Shown here: positions 40,701 to 56,100 of the stretch, in pieces
How the letters are laid out: each line of letters begins with the position of its first letter
Numbering within the stretch: position 1 is the stretch's first letter
Assembly: GCF_964355755.1 (NCBI RefSeq)
Contig: NC_092676.1
Span: 15,828,871-15,892,870, forward strand
From: Antedon mediterranea
Taxonomy: Eukaryota; Animalia; Echinodermata
Direction of reading: 5' to 3'
DNA length: 64,000 bases
Translations under genes and position numbers: made by a program
The notes under the pieces: model-generated
What the model was told of the DNA's origin: nothing
The model's database searches: none
What the model saw: only the letters and a program-made list of their open reading frames with translations

Positions 40701-43700
40701 TTCTAAATATAGAATGTCCGAATCGTGATGACGTAAAGAGCATTAAAGTTAAGCCACTTTGACAAAACTGATCCAAAACTAGCAGACAATTCACAAACTT
40801 TTTTTTTATTTGTATTGTAGAGTATATTTCATGATTACATACAATTACATTGACGGACATTTGGAAAACACATACACTAGAGTCAAATGCATAATTAATA
40901 CCAGTACAAAATAAAACTAGTACTGCAGAAAAATACTTTTATGTGTAAAACAAACGACTTAAAGGTCATGTGTAAATAAAAATGTACAGCATTAATCCAT
41001 AATTTTTAATATATAAATAATTTATGATCAAACTTGACAAGAAGCAAACTTAAGATTGTAAAATTGTCTATGTATGTTATAAATTATTAATTCAACTGTT
41101 GTCAAGAATCTTGTCTGTCATATAATATTCATTCATATTCTGACATTTATATTTTATTTTCATTGTATTTAATCATCACACAGAATATTTAAACATATTT
41201 CGTCTTTTTTTCCAGTGTGTTGTTTTATCAGTAACTTGGTTGTACTTACTTGGGCTTGGCAACCAGGAGAAGGTCGCTAAACAAAAACAGATATCTTTCC
41301 TGCGATTGTAATCCTGATATTAACGTTACAGGTACTTCTGAGATGAATTCACGGTTATTATTTGAGTATGGATGCCCACTCTCGTTTGCCAAACTTGATA
41401 ATACCTGAAATGCACTTGGACTTGTCGGACTAAAAAAGAAAAACCTCAATAGATTAGATTTTCTAATTGTTAAATAAAATAATAATTGGCAATGGAAAAA
41501 ATAATCATTACAATTTCTCTTGCCTTAGTCATGGATCCAATCATTTTAGTCTAAATTTAGGGCAATTAACCTAAACATGCTAATACGTATTCCATGAATA
41601 CACTGGCGTACTTGGAACTAATTCAATAAAAAAACTAATAATAGAACGGAGCCTAATTGGAAAACTAAGCACGTGTACTAGTGTAGTAATGCCTATAAGC
41701 GCATTCCTTCACAAATCACAACAAATTTACCAATATGTCTAAAAGATTCAAAATGACATGTGACTTGCTGCTACATGGCATGTGTTAAAATTAATAAAGA
41801 ATAAATTAAATTGTGACACTTTAGTATTAAACTTCGAAAAAATGGCAAATCTTTAAGTAACATTCTCCGTTTGTTTTCAAATTAAATCAATAGTTTTTCG
41901 AGTAGGAAATGAAGAATTTTAACTTATTGAGTTGAAGTTAGAACTAACAGTATTTGTAAGTGTTCCTAAATATATTGAAGACTGTTTATATTTGATTGGG
42001 ATGTGCTTCAGTATAAACTACAGTATAATAAATATACAACTCATTAGCACATGTTAAATTACAATATACAGCAATTGTTTGTATTTAAACAGACTCAATA
42101 TTTACACATACAAATTCCAATGCTATAAAATTGGAATTATAGAGTTGCTCCTGGTATTTTAAGTTACTTTAGTCTGCTGCTTGCCCAACAAAAAGGCACC
42201 ATAAACACAACATCAAAAGAGTTCCAAGTAGGGTTTGTCCATGGTCTGTCTGACACATGTGTTCCCCAATGTAATTATCCTACTGTTGATGTACAAGGGG
42301 CCTGTTAATCTGCTCACACTCAGGTGGGCCTCAATTTAATTGATATTAAAGGTTACATTATCTTGACACCCTAGGCAATCATCATCATTGTAAATTTGTG
42401 ATCACAATGGATTATTTGGGCCAAGGTTTTTTGGGATAACTTTATGCTTTGCACATGGTTGTAGTTATGGTAGGCATGCCTGGTTCAATTCTTGTATACA
42501 TAGGCATTAATTTTTTAATTAGTGGGATAATCCAGGCCTGTGCTAATCACTTATCTTATTCAGACCTAGATAGAAAGTTAATGGCTTCATATTGTACCAT
42601 ACAGTACAGTTGTTTTGATGTTTACATGCACATTTTCCTTGACCAAAACATACTAATAAGCAAATACTAATAGCACTCAGCACAAGATTTAACAATATAA
42701 ATCTTTCCTTCTCCAACTAATGCAAATAGCTAAAATATGGATTAGGGTGGAATTAAAGGCTGCAAACATATCCTAAACTACGCATTCTTTAATAATTCAT
42801 CACAACTACCACCACAGTATAAACAATTCTGTCATGAAATAGTCTTGTACAGTGGTTTACACAAAAAAGGAATATTATTAGATGATGAAATTGACATGTA
42901 TTTTATACTTTTAACAAATTTAAATTATCATTGTTAAGCCATTTATAAACAGAATTCTATGTTAAATAGATATAATAAAGATTTGATTTTGAAGTAGATG
43001 ATGGGTAAAATAATCCTGAATCTACGGCATTGCTAACTATATGAAGTTTTAGAGTGTCGTTTTTGTACAGAATATAAATAAATGAAATGCAATCAACTTT
43101 GATAAATACATCTTTTAATAATAAAATAAGGCAGGTTGCCAAGATATGCTGCCTAGCCCAAGTAATATCACTTTGCAATGAACCATTTTATGACACCCAA
43201 AGAGGATCATGTCTCCCATGACAAATCATAGTTACCATGACTTCAGAATTTGAGGTCATAGGTTAGGGTAAGTACACCTTTCATGTCTAACTTTCTGCAT
43301 TAGTACTTTATTATTAGCAGTGTGTACAGGGGTATGGGAGTGCTCAACAACTATTTCTAGCAAATTTGATATTTCTCAATGAATATTCCACTGTTGATTT
43401 TATACTTTTAAATCTAATGAACACAATGCTCAAGTAATACTTTAATAGAGGCTACAGATAAACCAATTTCGATGACTAATTAAAGTACAGACATCATTAC
43501 AAAAAAGGCTAGGTTAGCTAGTTATGTATTTATTATTTAATGTATTTTTTTTACTAATCCATATCATGTAGGTTATGCATTTAGAGGTTGACATTATACA
43601 GCATACAGGTAGTTTCATCCTTCAGATAATACAGTACCGGTATGTATAGGCTTTTATTTGGCCTTCTCTACTGACTGTATATTACTTGCATAAATATCAA

Positions 43701-46700
43701 ATTGACACAAAGTGAAAACCTGCAATTGTACACAATAAAGTATATGCATCTTAACAAAAAATGTTTGTTCAAGATTGCATTGTACAGATACCTTAATATG
43801 CTTTGAGAACAGATATAAAGAATTTATACAGCAAATTGTATACAATCATCCAAATTCCAAATCATTAATGCTATTTGGGGTTATTTTTCAAGGGGTACAT
43901 TATTTAGTGGGGGTAATTGTCTGGATACATGAATATTAAAAAAGAATGATAAAACTATAATAAGTACATACAGTACAGAATAAACTATGTAAATAAATAA
44001 TAAAACAAGGACAGGATACTCGTTTTTCTTTCTGTTATTAACTTTTATCCAACATAAAATTAAAATAAGTTGTTTTATCTTTAAATATATTTTGGACTGT
44101 CACAAGTTGTAACATATTTCAGTAGCTTGTACTATACTGTAGTAAAAATTAATAGTGTACCTATTTAATTTAAATAAGTAAATAACAAAATCAATAAAAA
44201 TTGTCAAATCTATGTATTTATGCTGATAATGTTTACTGATGATTATCATACAATGTGACGCTAAACACGTACACCAACATGATACGATGTATTGACTTAG
44301 AAAAAAACAAATACACAATAATAATCACAGTGTAAAGTTTAGTACATAAAAGATATATCAGCATCTCACACACTTGTGGTCGGTTTCAAGAATGGAATGA
44401 CATTAATTGATTCAATTTCTAGCAGACTAAAATTTGAGAACACAATACCAGCTAAGTCATGTAAAACAAGTGAATCATTTACAGTGTGGTTAATGAATCA
44501 TGAAGGGAAAGTTCTTAAAACAAAAGTGAAGTTGTTTTAACAATATCACATTCTCGAGACATTGAACGAGGGTCAGTAGATTTCTTATTAGACACAGAGG
44601 CTTGTCAAATTCCAACACGAACAAGTTGATTAAAGCTAATGTACAGTGCTGTATGAATGTATATTGATTAAAACATCTGACAGTGATAAAATAATGGTAA
44701 CAAAAGAGCATTTACATTACACATGAATACTGTACATTCAGTAAAAAAAATACATCAAGTACTATATGTTATATAGTGTAAAATAACAATTTATGGAAAA
44801 AATTTAAATATTTATATTACAGTAGGGTTGCAATGACTATATAATTCTCAATAAATTTCATGTCAAAAACATACCTTTTATCTGTGCTTTTATTCCGATT
44901 GTTAAACGCACTGCGGATGACCGCTGAAGGGGCCGACCGTCGTCGCATTACTAACCCCTTGAATTTCTGAAATATTAAAAAAAAATATTTAAATCATTAA
45001 GAATCATATGGGTTTTAATTATCATTCTAATAGTCTAATGAATGTGATGGGAGTTAGAATGTTTTTAATCCAAATACTGTAGCTGTCTTATCTAAAGTCA
45101 CATAATGAGGCATTGTCAAAGCACTCTATTTCCATCTTGTGCTGTGTACAAGTGAAACCTTTCAAAATTAAAGAAAAAAAAAATATTATGTCAGTGATGT
45201 ATTACAAATTATTTGCCTAATGTCTGTCAGCCATCCGTGTAAATATTTTTATTTGATCTAGAAGATGGATAGTTGAATCCTTGGGGGATCTTAATTTCCT
45301 TTGGCTCCTTAACGATATTTAGGAATTTTCCTAAGGAAATCTGAGCCTTGTGTTAATTGGATATTACGTCTAAAAAAATGTCTTAATGGTGTTGCGGACA
45401 AATATCAAACAGAAAGTGCCCCCTACCCACTAATTATATACCTTAAATTGTCTTTTGGTTTTAATTGTCCTGAAAAGTACACTATACAGCTGTTGTTTGG
45501 TTAGTAGAATCTAAAATGTTTCTGTAAGTTTTTTAAACACTTTTTAAAAAGTAATCATTTTAAACATAAAATAGTAAATTCTTTACACAATTTAAAAATT
45601 GTCCCTAAAAAAAAGTGTATAAAAACATGTTAATTAAGGCACAAAATGTTCATACTGTACAACACTATACTCATAGCTGGCATACAGTGTATTGCGATAA
45701 TAAGAAAATAATAATAATATTTTCAGCCCGTTCTTTTATGAATGGATTGATAATTAATGATGTGGTGCTGTGGGATCCCCTCAGTTTTCACTATCTTATT
45801 TTATTTTAGTTTTTTTTAACAGTGTACACAGTAAACCACTTATACTTATCAGAAAGATTTAAATTAATTTGTTTTTTAAGTTTAACTTGTTTAGTGCATA
45901 GTTTTTTTGTTTCATTTCGGTATTTCTTATGCATTAATTAAACTAGTACTACCTGTATAATTTTACTTGGTGTAAATATACAAAGTTTGACATGCCATCT
46001 AAATATGTTTAATTTATTTATATAAAAAAACTTATTAATACACAAAATCCAAAAATATTTATTATATTCCATGTGGGAGAACCTAAATAATGTTTATTTT
46101 AAATTAATTTGTCCAGAAAAAAATTCAAATAAAATATTATACTATTGGTAGAATAACAGTGAAAGCCAAATGGGCAGACTTTGCGGCGACTTCACTATCA
46201 ATTGTGAGTGTTTTTAACCTTATTTCATAGTATTGATTGACGATTGGCTACTAACAGTAAAGGTATGTAAAGAAACACAGCAAGGCATGTCACATACATC
46301 TAATCTTAAGAAAATAATACATTCATGATTAAGATCTGAAGCTCATGTCAGACAGGGTGAACATTTATAAAACAGACGAAGCATTATACAGTTCTTATGT
46401 GTGCAGTTTACTCAGCTAATAACACACATTTATGTTCCTTGGGAATCCTGAATGCATTTTAACCTTGAATAAGGCTTTTTTTTTTCTAAAAGAAGAGTAA
46501 TAAATTTGGCTTGCCAGATTATATAGACATTAATTTGACAGTTTTAATGGCAATCTTAACATAATATTGAAGGTATTATAGCATAGTAAACTGTTGTACC
46601 ACAATCACCTATTATTATTGTCCATAGGCCTTTTCACACAAAACTTTGGCAATATTGCCGGTCTAGACCCATTTACACAGAAGGTAATATTACGGTAATT

Positions 46701-49700
46701 TTACTGTTTTCTGTGTGAAGAGGCGCAATATTTAAAACTTACTGTCTTCATAAAATAGAGGAGAGGTCGAATTTAAAAAAAAAAATGGCGGGCACCGCCG
46801 ACAAAACATGCCATGCGCGCACATGTTTGCTGATGTTGTTTTGTGTGTCCGATAATATTTTTGAAAATATTATCTTGTAAATGTATGTAAATTAGTTTAA
46901 GTGATAATGTAATATAAAGCAGGGGAAATAATTTATTTATTTAATTAAAATATTTGATTGACTCAAATTTTATGAATATGATGACATGGTAATGAATAGA
47001 CTTCATCTTTTCATCATTTGTTTCTCTTATAATCCAAATCATTTTAGTTTTAAGCCCTTTAGGACAATCGACAGATTATTATTAAGCGCTAACTATATAA
47101 CAACATTAACTGTACATTACTATCAATGAATAACATTCTGAATTGGGTTTAACAAACTTTAAAGCATCCGGGAAATACTGTACCACCCACTGCTGTACCT
47201 CCAGAGGAACTATAGTATTTCCTGGTCTATGATCATGTAATCAAATAAAATATATATTTAAAACGCTTCCTTTCGTACCATCACCATCATACTTATACCG
47301 CAGACCAAAATTTCTTCTGTTTAGTTAAGTGTAAAATTTAACATAAACTCTCTTTGATAGGTTAGTAGGATAGGCTCCAGTGGCAGATATATGAAATACC
47401 AGAGGCGGTACAGATGAAAGGACCAAGTTCTTTGTCAAACCCTTTTTTCGACAATAAGGCCAAAAAAATTGGGAAAAGAATCTCAAAAAGAAAGAGGATG
47501 CCTAAGGATGAACGATGACAATATTGTGTCCCCTGGCTCAATTTCGTTTAATTAATATTATCACTACACTACAGTGTACGCATAAATATGCATAATCTAT
47601 TCCTCCTCAATTTATCTCAAAACTGTTCACTGATTTGAACCCTAGTATTATACCTCTACTCTTTGAATTAATGAAATAAATGTTCTTAAAAATGTACTAG
47701 CCACATACACCATGTGCATTTACAGTGTGACATAAGTCCACATCATATGATATACAGAACTCATAAACATAAATTGTAATAAATAAAAAATAAATCACAT
47801 CAAAATATATTATGCTGTATGTCAGAGCATGTAAATGGATCCCAGTCACATGATTTAGAAAACACTGCATTTATGATCGAGATGGAGATGTACATTTTCG
47901 TAACCTTATTAAACACTATTGCCTATTTCATAAAGCAATATTAATTAATTTTTTAAAGAGCAGAAACATGACCTTAAGATTGTCTGTCCTTGTTATGTAG
48001 GTGTGAAAATTACTCAGCATACTCCCATGTCAGTTTATGCCTCATAAAATTCAATCTCAGCTGCTACTCAACTATTGGTTGAACCGGAATTTACCAAAGG
48101 AATATCATATTTCTGATATACTTGGCCTACACTTCAAATGGCACCAAGCCCTTAAATCTTATAAAGACAGTAAGGTTGATTCATAAGGGCAATGACCAGT
48201 AAACTTGTGACTTCACAAAGACACATTGATCATTATATCATAAGGTATACAGTAGTTCTGTTTGAAGGAAATAAACTTGTTTAAATAGTTTTTTAAAAGT
48301 TATCTTCATTTTTTAGCAGTAGAAATGGGGCTACAGTATGACCAGTTAAATCACATTCTCAAAAAAATAGTTAAAACCGTTCGGGCAATTACTGGTTGGA
48401 ACGATATACAGTAGTAGTTAATAAAAACTAAATATGTCCACTCATTTAAATTTACTTGGAGAATTCCACTTAAACTAGTCATTTTACAAGTTAGTTCTGT
48501 ACGTTTTATGTCTAAAATAAAACACACACTATTTTAGTATTAATGAATTAATCCCCAAACCAGGAAATAATAACTACACTGTAGACATGCTTCTTTCCCT
48601 CCCATATCACGGCCCAAAACACCTACAAATATTTTTTTTTTAAATAAGGAAGCATCTATATATACACATATATTTTAAAAATTTGCAATATAGAATCTGT
48701 AAAAATTAAAGTTGTCACGTAGAGTAGTCTGAAAAAAAACCCCAAATATTAAGCTGACATTACTTTTTAAATCAATTTTACTAACTGCGATACCTGTACT
48801 ACTGAAAATTCTACTCTACTACTGAAGATTCTTGAAAATGATCGAATAGATTAAAACGGAAAATTCTCAAAATGTGTTCTGTCTCTTATTTGAGGTTACA
48901 TTTATTCTCGTTATCTGCTGTGTAGAATTTAGTAAAAATATATTGTCCCCAAAATCATGAAAAATAAAGATTAATAAAATCAGACTAGAATTGGTCATAG
49001 TTTATGATGATTTCACTATCTAAAAAGATAAAATAAACAGTTAAAAACTCATTGATTTTTTTTTTGGCTTTAAATTAGGTTTTTTTTAGGTAAATAATTT
49101 TTTTGCCAATCCAATTTTTGGTCAAAGTGAATAACTATAATGTGACATTAAAAAAATAACATATTCAACAAAAAATATTTCTTCATATATATGTTTTTTT
49201 TATAGAATCAAACCACAGTAAAGATTGTTTAATTTCAAATATGATTCAGGGGATGGGCAAAATGGACAAACAATTAAGGGCGGGATAAATGTCTATTGTG
49301 AGAGAATTCATACCTACCTTGGGCTGTAGCTTTTGAAGGATATACTGTGTAACATTAAATAATGAATTGTAAGGGTATTGTAAGCTCTGAAAAGCTGAGG
49401 TATTTTACCTCCATATTTTGAATAATGGCATGATGAGAAATAGCAATATTATTTAATTACTATAATAAATGCCACAATGCCACACTTTATTACTTTCAAT
49501 GCCAGTATATATTACAAATCAACTTTTTAAAGCTAAAAATAAGACATATTTTATTAAACAGTATATAATTTTAAAAATTAGATCTAACATTTTAATATGG
49601 TCAAACAAAACAGTTTTATATGAAAATCATTAATAGTGCCAATCATACAGTAAATTAATATTGCTTTTATTTTATTTTGATTTATGATCTGTTTTTCCAT

Positions 49701-50103
49701 CTTTTAAAGTTTTATTATTTTACACATTAATGTTTATTTCAGTATTACTATTATAGTCCATGAGTGTGACTGCTTTACAGTAAACATTATACTCTATCTA
49801 AGTAATTGTATGCAAAAAATACACTGTAAGACATTTTGATCGTCCGATGTTACTAATGACAATTGTAACATTGTCAGGAGTATGACAGTTTGACATTTGT
49901 TTGGCAATCTTTCCTTCCAAAAATCTCTGGATAAATTACATTACATATGATTATCCTAAAAAATGAATGAATATAGAAAACAAGAAACTTACCTTGTTAA
50001 TATCACCATGTTTGTTAATCCTTAAATTATTTGTTAAAGAATCAGATTCACTGATTCTTCGACGTAGTTTACTATCTTTATTTAACATGCTAACAGCTAT
50101 CAT
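31782..50103 (-). CDS. ARHGAP20: Rho GTPase-activating protein 20-like (PH, RA, RhoGAP, long disordered tail); exons 50103-49993, 44966-44875, 41429-41250, 40077-39883, 39227-39152, 38317-38002, 37893-37776, 37461-37239, 36231-36122, 34654-34483, 34292-34112, 33727-31782
   Basis: RRRSAPS motif; PH domain QSQERYLFLFSDLLLVAK...KARLRVSELW...FVLGWPTTSYVVTFSS; RA domain DYQLWVMSGKDNPFYPLIGHELPFSI; RhoGAP LFGLPL...GVFRKSAN (Arg finger)...DFLRNIP...MTAYNLAICIAPSLL; C-terminal EESYV. Junctions are GT/AG and the frame is continuous. The first exon is less certain. Confidence 0.88.
34821..35767. mobile_element. Intronic insertion beginning with a ~200-bp foldback, flanked by a 69-bp direct duplication (Crypton-like or unknown class)
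   Basis: Inverted arms at ~34822-34915 and ~34930-35022. TAATATAAC...GTGCACACCTAAA is identical at 34752-34820 and 35768-35836. Confidence 0.6.
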
Positions 50104-53028
50104 TGTTAAAATAGCATGACCTGACTCCCATCACATCCAAACTCTAACTAAGCTCAGCAATTACATCTGACTGTATATACACACACACTCACTGTAAGCA
50201 ATCCATCAAGATAAGTTCAAGGACAACCCACTAATAAATATTCATTAGAAGCTGTGTATACAAACCATCACAGCATGTACCATTTTTAATGAATATTCAT
50301 AACAGTTGTAATGCTCCAATGAGCAGCTCTCAATATAAGAGTATTTTTCCCTTATGAATATTTATTTAAATTTGAAAATTTGATTAAAAATGGGAACACT
50401 GTCTCCATGAATTGTCCAAGGAAGTAATTCTAGTGTTTGTTTAAGTGATTAAATGGCATATTAAATAATTTAATGAGATTCTAATAGATTTTAATAGCAA
50501 TTATGATTTCAATGGAGACTCATTGTCCAGTCTAGTACAAAATCAGAACAAATTATATTAGTAGGTTACAAATCTGTGAAAAATATCGATCATCAATCAA
50601 TTTTTAAAGATAAATAAATATGTCATAATGTGAAAAGGCAGAGAAATTTAAATTCATTAATAAATAGAAAATAAAGAAAAAAAAATCCTGATAAATAGAT
50701 TTATTGTTTACGCTTGAACGTTAAATTGAACTAAATGTAAATACACCAGGATATATTGACAGAGATAGAAGCTGTACTAGTATTGTAAGAAGTATGTACA
50801 TACGTCATTACGAGATCAACAAAATATACGGACTACATAAGTTGTTTTTGACAACATTAAGTTTTGTTATTGAATAAATATGCAACAAACTAATGTGTTT
50901 GTAATCGGGTAAAAGTTGATAGTGGGCATGTCATCCATATAATTCAGCTTAATATGTGTGTCAAGATAGTAAAGAGGATTGTCGTCTTTTCTATCCAAAT
51001 CTTTTAAGTTGATTTACTTTTTACAGATAGTGTACAAACAACACAACTGAAGATTTACTGTACACTCAGTGGTTGCTTATAAATAGTTAAATGAAAGACT
51101 GAACTTACTACTACTATATGTTATATCTTTTTTACTGATATTCCTGAAATTTATGGGGTAGGTTGGTCCCCAGTTAGATTTGTAAAAACAATAGAAGGAA
51201 AATGATAATATCAAAATGGTTAATTATACACTATGTACATGTAGAGTAATGTATGGGTACTACATGTAGGGTAAATAATTAATTCAAAAAAACTATTGCT
51301 TAATATGTATTTACAGAATAAAACCAAATGTTATGTACTAAGAATAGAGTAAATACGGGTCAGATTTGCGTTCAGCTGTCTTTACTTTTATACATAAAAT
51401 TACTCTGTCTCAGTAAAAAATGGAATTTATAATTCTCTGGGGGCTATTTTATGGCAATTGCTATATGGTTTGCAGCCAATAGTATACATCTGTTAAAGTT
51501 TTCATGTTATATTCAAATGAAATTGGCATATTTTAGGCCAGACTGTGTCAAAAGACCACCATGATAATTACAGTCTTTTATGAGACACATTTCCAGTTGC
51601 AGCATGGTTCTCAAATTTAACAGACATTAGTATGTCCCTCTTTCTAGTATAATTATACAGTAATTGCAATTTAAGAACAGAATGTACATCATGTGATATG
51701 GTTAGCACCCAATGATACCTGCTTACTGACTAAACTTTGACTTTCATTTTTAGTTTTATGTAAGTTTATTACAGGAACTTGCAGATATAGAATGCAGTGA
51801 AACCGCATTAAAGAAAAATAAACCTTATTAACAGCAGCAATATACTAAGGTGACACTTTCACATGGGATGAATGAGGAAAAACACTAAGGCACTTTGTTG
51901 GATAAGGTTTTAACTGTATGTACTTTTACATGCAGAGAAATAATTTGGACAACCGCCCTATTCAAGTGACATCCCTAGTATGGGAACACTTTCCTATGAA
52001 ACAAATAATAGGACACTTTGTTGAGCTACTGTGTACAAGACTTTTTACAAATTCTACAATACTAAATATACTTTACTTGTTAGTTTAACAAACTTATAGT
52101 TTTGAACAAACACTTTTTAAATGATATTGATATAGTATGTACTATGAATCATATTTGCTGAATTTTATATCCTTTGTTCGAAATTGAAATTAATACAGAA
52201 TTGAATATGGAATACATGATTGGTCCTGAATAGGTTCAGGATACAAGGAATCTGACGTAAAGACAGAACTTACAAAGACTAAATGACAAAGCTTACAATC
52301 ATGTCATGCTTCAGCTAAAAGAACTAATTATCCATTTACAGAAAATTTTATTCAAATAATGTTCCTTCTATTTTATGAACACATATTTCTACTTTACTGT
52401 GAGTAATAATTATACAGTAGTTAAAAGTGTAATTCAAAAAATAATAAATTATGGTCAACAGTTTATTAATATTAACCATATAAAACAATAATTAATAATA
52501 CAAACAATTGTTGTACCATTGTCCAGTTTCTTACTACTAATACTTATTATTATTTGTACCACAAAAGTTAAATACAATCAAAACTAAATTTTGAATAAGG
52601 AAATCAGTCATTTCGAGCATCTTGATGATGAATGTATTAAAATCTATTAAGTTATACATATTAATGCTTTTTTTCACTTTGTTACTACATACTGTACAAA
52701 AGAGGAGATAAGAGGACACATGAAATGAAGGAAAATGTGAAGAGGGATTAAATAGAAGAAAGAAAAGACACAGAAGATATAAAATGGCAGGGACAACTCT
52801 ATGAATGGGAAAGAATCAATATTAAAACATTTTGTTATAATAACTAAATATTTTCAAACCAAATTTAAATGTTTTGCCTTTATATATGTTATACTTTTTA
52901 ATGCATACCATTCTGAATATTAATAATAGGCCTATATTAATCAATTAAGATTAAGATTTTGTCAAATAAGTATTTAAATGAAGAAGGAATAAACACATTT
53001 ATCATGAAAATATCGAGGGTAAACTTAC

Positions 53029-53196
53029 TTGATCTGCGTCCAACATTGGAAGCAGAAATTTTCCAGAAGGATCAGAATGAATGCGAAGATAATTCCAATG
53101 ATTTCCAGGCATAGTTAAAATATTTCCACTGTTGTTATTAGATGAACATTTAGAAAAACTAGATTGATGTAGGAGCAGAGGGTACATAAAATACAT
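53029..53196 (-). CDS. Candidate alternative first coding exon of the ARHGAP20-like gene
   Basis: The ORF ...MPGNHWNYLRIHSDPSGKFLLPMLDADQ ends at CAA|GTAAGT in phase 0, compatible with the acceptor at 44966. Confidence 0.4.
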
Positions 53197-56100
53197 TGTA
53201 CAGAGAACTTAAAAATTGTGTTGGTTACCCATTGCCCTGTGACACCAAAGTAAGCTCAAAGTACTCCTACAGAAAGTTCATGCATGCTTCAATGATTTTC
53301 ATGAATATTCAGTAGGTTTAAATCAAAGTAAAATCTTTTCTGCTGTTGTTATTAACAAAGTATCTATGAATGGAGGAATTCAGTTTGGCTTTAATTGTAT
53401 GGAGTGTTCCTAAGGGTCCTAATGGGGGTGTTGTATAGAAATCATTGTCATTCGTCAGATGACGTCATAATACAACAAGGCTTTTCAAGCAAATTCTGAA
53501 ACGGTTTCAATATCACGATTGCGAGTATTAGATAATTAGTGGGCGGAAACGAAGAATAGCGTATATATCAATGTTATTGTGTAGGCATGTCATATGACCT
53601 ACAGTATGATGACATACCGATATCACATTCTTTAATCATTACTAAAATAATCACACTGGCAAAACTGTAATTTAATCAAATTGTATTATTAAATCGACTA
53701 AAATAAAATCATTATAAAATAATTCAAAATAATTTTACATAAGGAAGTTATTTTATGATATTAAACAAAAAACAAGTTTCATTAAATGATGTTAATGTTC
53801 CTCATTGCTTCTAGATTTTAAAATCAATTATGTGAAATACTATATTTATCATCTGTTTTGTTTTGTAATAATGCTTTTTGCTTTCTGTTTTTTTTTTTAT
53901 CTAGGCCTAACAAAAGGTTTTATTTAGGGAATTTGACTTCTTCTTCCTTACTTGGACACTGTTAATTAATTTCACTTTACATAATCATTTTTAAATTTGT
54001 CCACAAAACTGATATTTATACATATTTAATATATTTTATTTACATAATAAATATTAGAATGGAAATAATAAATAAAATGTATTATGTCTATAGAATAAAA
54101 ATAAATCCCTGTCTTTAGGTCTTGATCCAGGAAAACAAAAACACAACACAATATTATAATTATTAAAACATAAATATATGACAAAAAGTAAAGCTACAAT
54201 ATTTTTTTTTTTTTGGAGAATTTCCATTAATTTTCAACCACAAAACTTCCTTCCGTTTTGTATAAATCCCACTAAATTACCAGGAATAACCATATGTCCT
54301 GTTCATTGACTACCAAGTACTTACAAATCCCTTCCTTCTCTACTATCTCAATACAAATGTGTCATTATATCGTTAGTGCTTAATCGCAGTTACTTTTAGT
54401 TTGGAACTTTTGGAATAATTTTGCAACAGTTCTTTTGAGGATTAAAAAAAAACTATGCCAGTGGCCTTGAATAAATCTACTCTGTAATACATCAACTACA
54501 ACTAAGAATGCTATCTGAGTTCAATGACCTAATGAATAGAACTTGTGACTATAGAAGAACCTTGACTTTCAACAAAATCATAGAAATTTAGGTAAAAGAT
54601 TAAATAAATGTACGTAAAATTTAGTTATTTTTGGATCTTTTTCATTCTGGATTCATAATTTAAAAAAAAAATTACTATACAACCTAAAGCAATCTCTTGC
54701 AAAAATTCATGTGCAACATTCCGACATTAGGATCAAATTAATAATTCTAGATAATAAAATTCAATGAAAAGATGAGCATTGAAGGAGCCTTTTAACTTTC
54801 TTATATTGTATCTTTATTTATAAATGAATTTAAGAAACAATAAATTCTCCCTGGTAAATAAACAAAGATAAAACAGTGAGTAGACTTATAGCTATTCAAT
54901 TATGAAGTAACTCGTTTAATTAATTATTTAAAATCCTTAATAAACCTACCCACTTCACCCCAATGTACTCAGACATACTGTATATAAAAAGGAATTCTGA
55001 TTTCATTGATGATTTTAAGAACTAACTAAGAATTCTATAGAAACATGACAATAAAGGTCTTGAACTATTGAAAACAAGGAAAACAAACAACACTTATCAA
55101 GGATTTGACAGAAATATTCAGCCAATCAGGTACGTTCTTTCTTTGCAGTGATAGTAACTGGGTAGCCTTGTGCCATACTAGGATATTTTAAGTAAGTTTG
55201 TAATGTTTCTACTGTATAATACTGAATAACCGTTAATTTTGAAATGAATTAAAAAATATTATTTTAATATCAACCATATTTATGCTAAATTTATACTAAA
55301 AATGTGTTAATTATTTAGTAGGTGATTGTTTGATGAAAAATATCAGAAGAAATTGGGTAAATTTCCACATGGTTATTATTATTTTTTTCCTGCAGAAAAA
55401 ATAATACCCCATGTTGCTTAATATGCCTTAACAAATAAATAAAATAATATTTTGACTTATTATAACAATATTTATCTTTTTTTAACAATTGGAAAAAAAA
55501 CTAAATATATACTATTTTAAAAACTAGGTTAAAGTCAATCCCAAAAAGAAATTTTTAGTCATTATGAGTTTAAAGTTTATAATAATACATTATTCTAGAA
55601 AGGTGAGTGGATAAATTTTGACTAATCACAAATTATTAACACTTCATTGACAAATCTATTGGTGCACAATAAAGAAAACAAAGTTGTGCATAACTTTCTG
55701 ATTGTGTGACCATTGTGATTCAATTATAACAAGTGATTGGGATGACTATCATACAGTACTTAAGAATAAGATGATTCATTGAGTTCATTCTTAATTAAAG
55801 ACTTCGTGAAAACTTTGAAATACCATCATACACAGTCATTCTGTTGTGATGGCTTGCATGAACAGTCATCAAATACCAACCAAATCAAGAAACAAGCAAT
55901 TTATATACAATAATATATTATATAAGTAATTCTTATAAATTTAGAAGAAACTTATCAATTTTGCAATACATGGAATAATATTAACACACTGTAAGATTGA
56001 AATAGGGAAAACAACAATTGTTTCTTTCTTCTGGACAAATACAGATAAAACTACAAGCAAAACACATATCAATCATGCAATTGAAACAAGCCACTGATCA

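Noticed and set aside
46626-46725. Short inverted repeat GCCTTTTCACACA...TGTGTGAAGAGGC as a MITE
   Set aside because: Too short and imperfect to call from a single copy.
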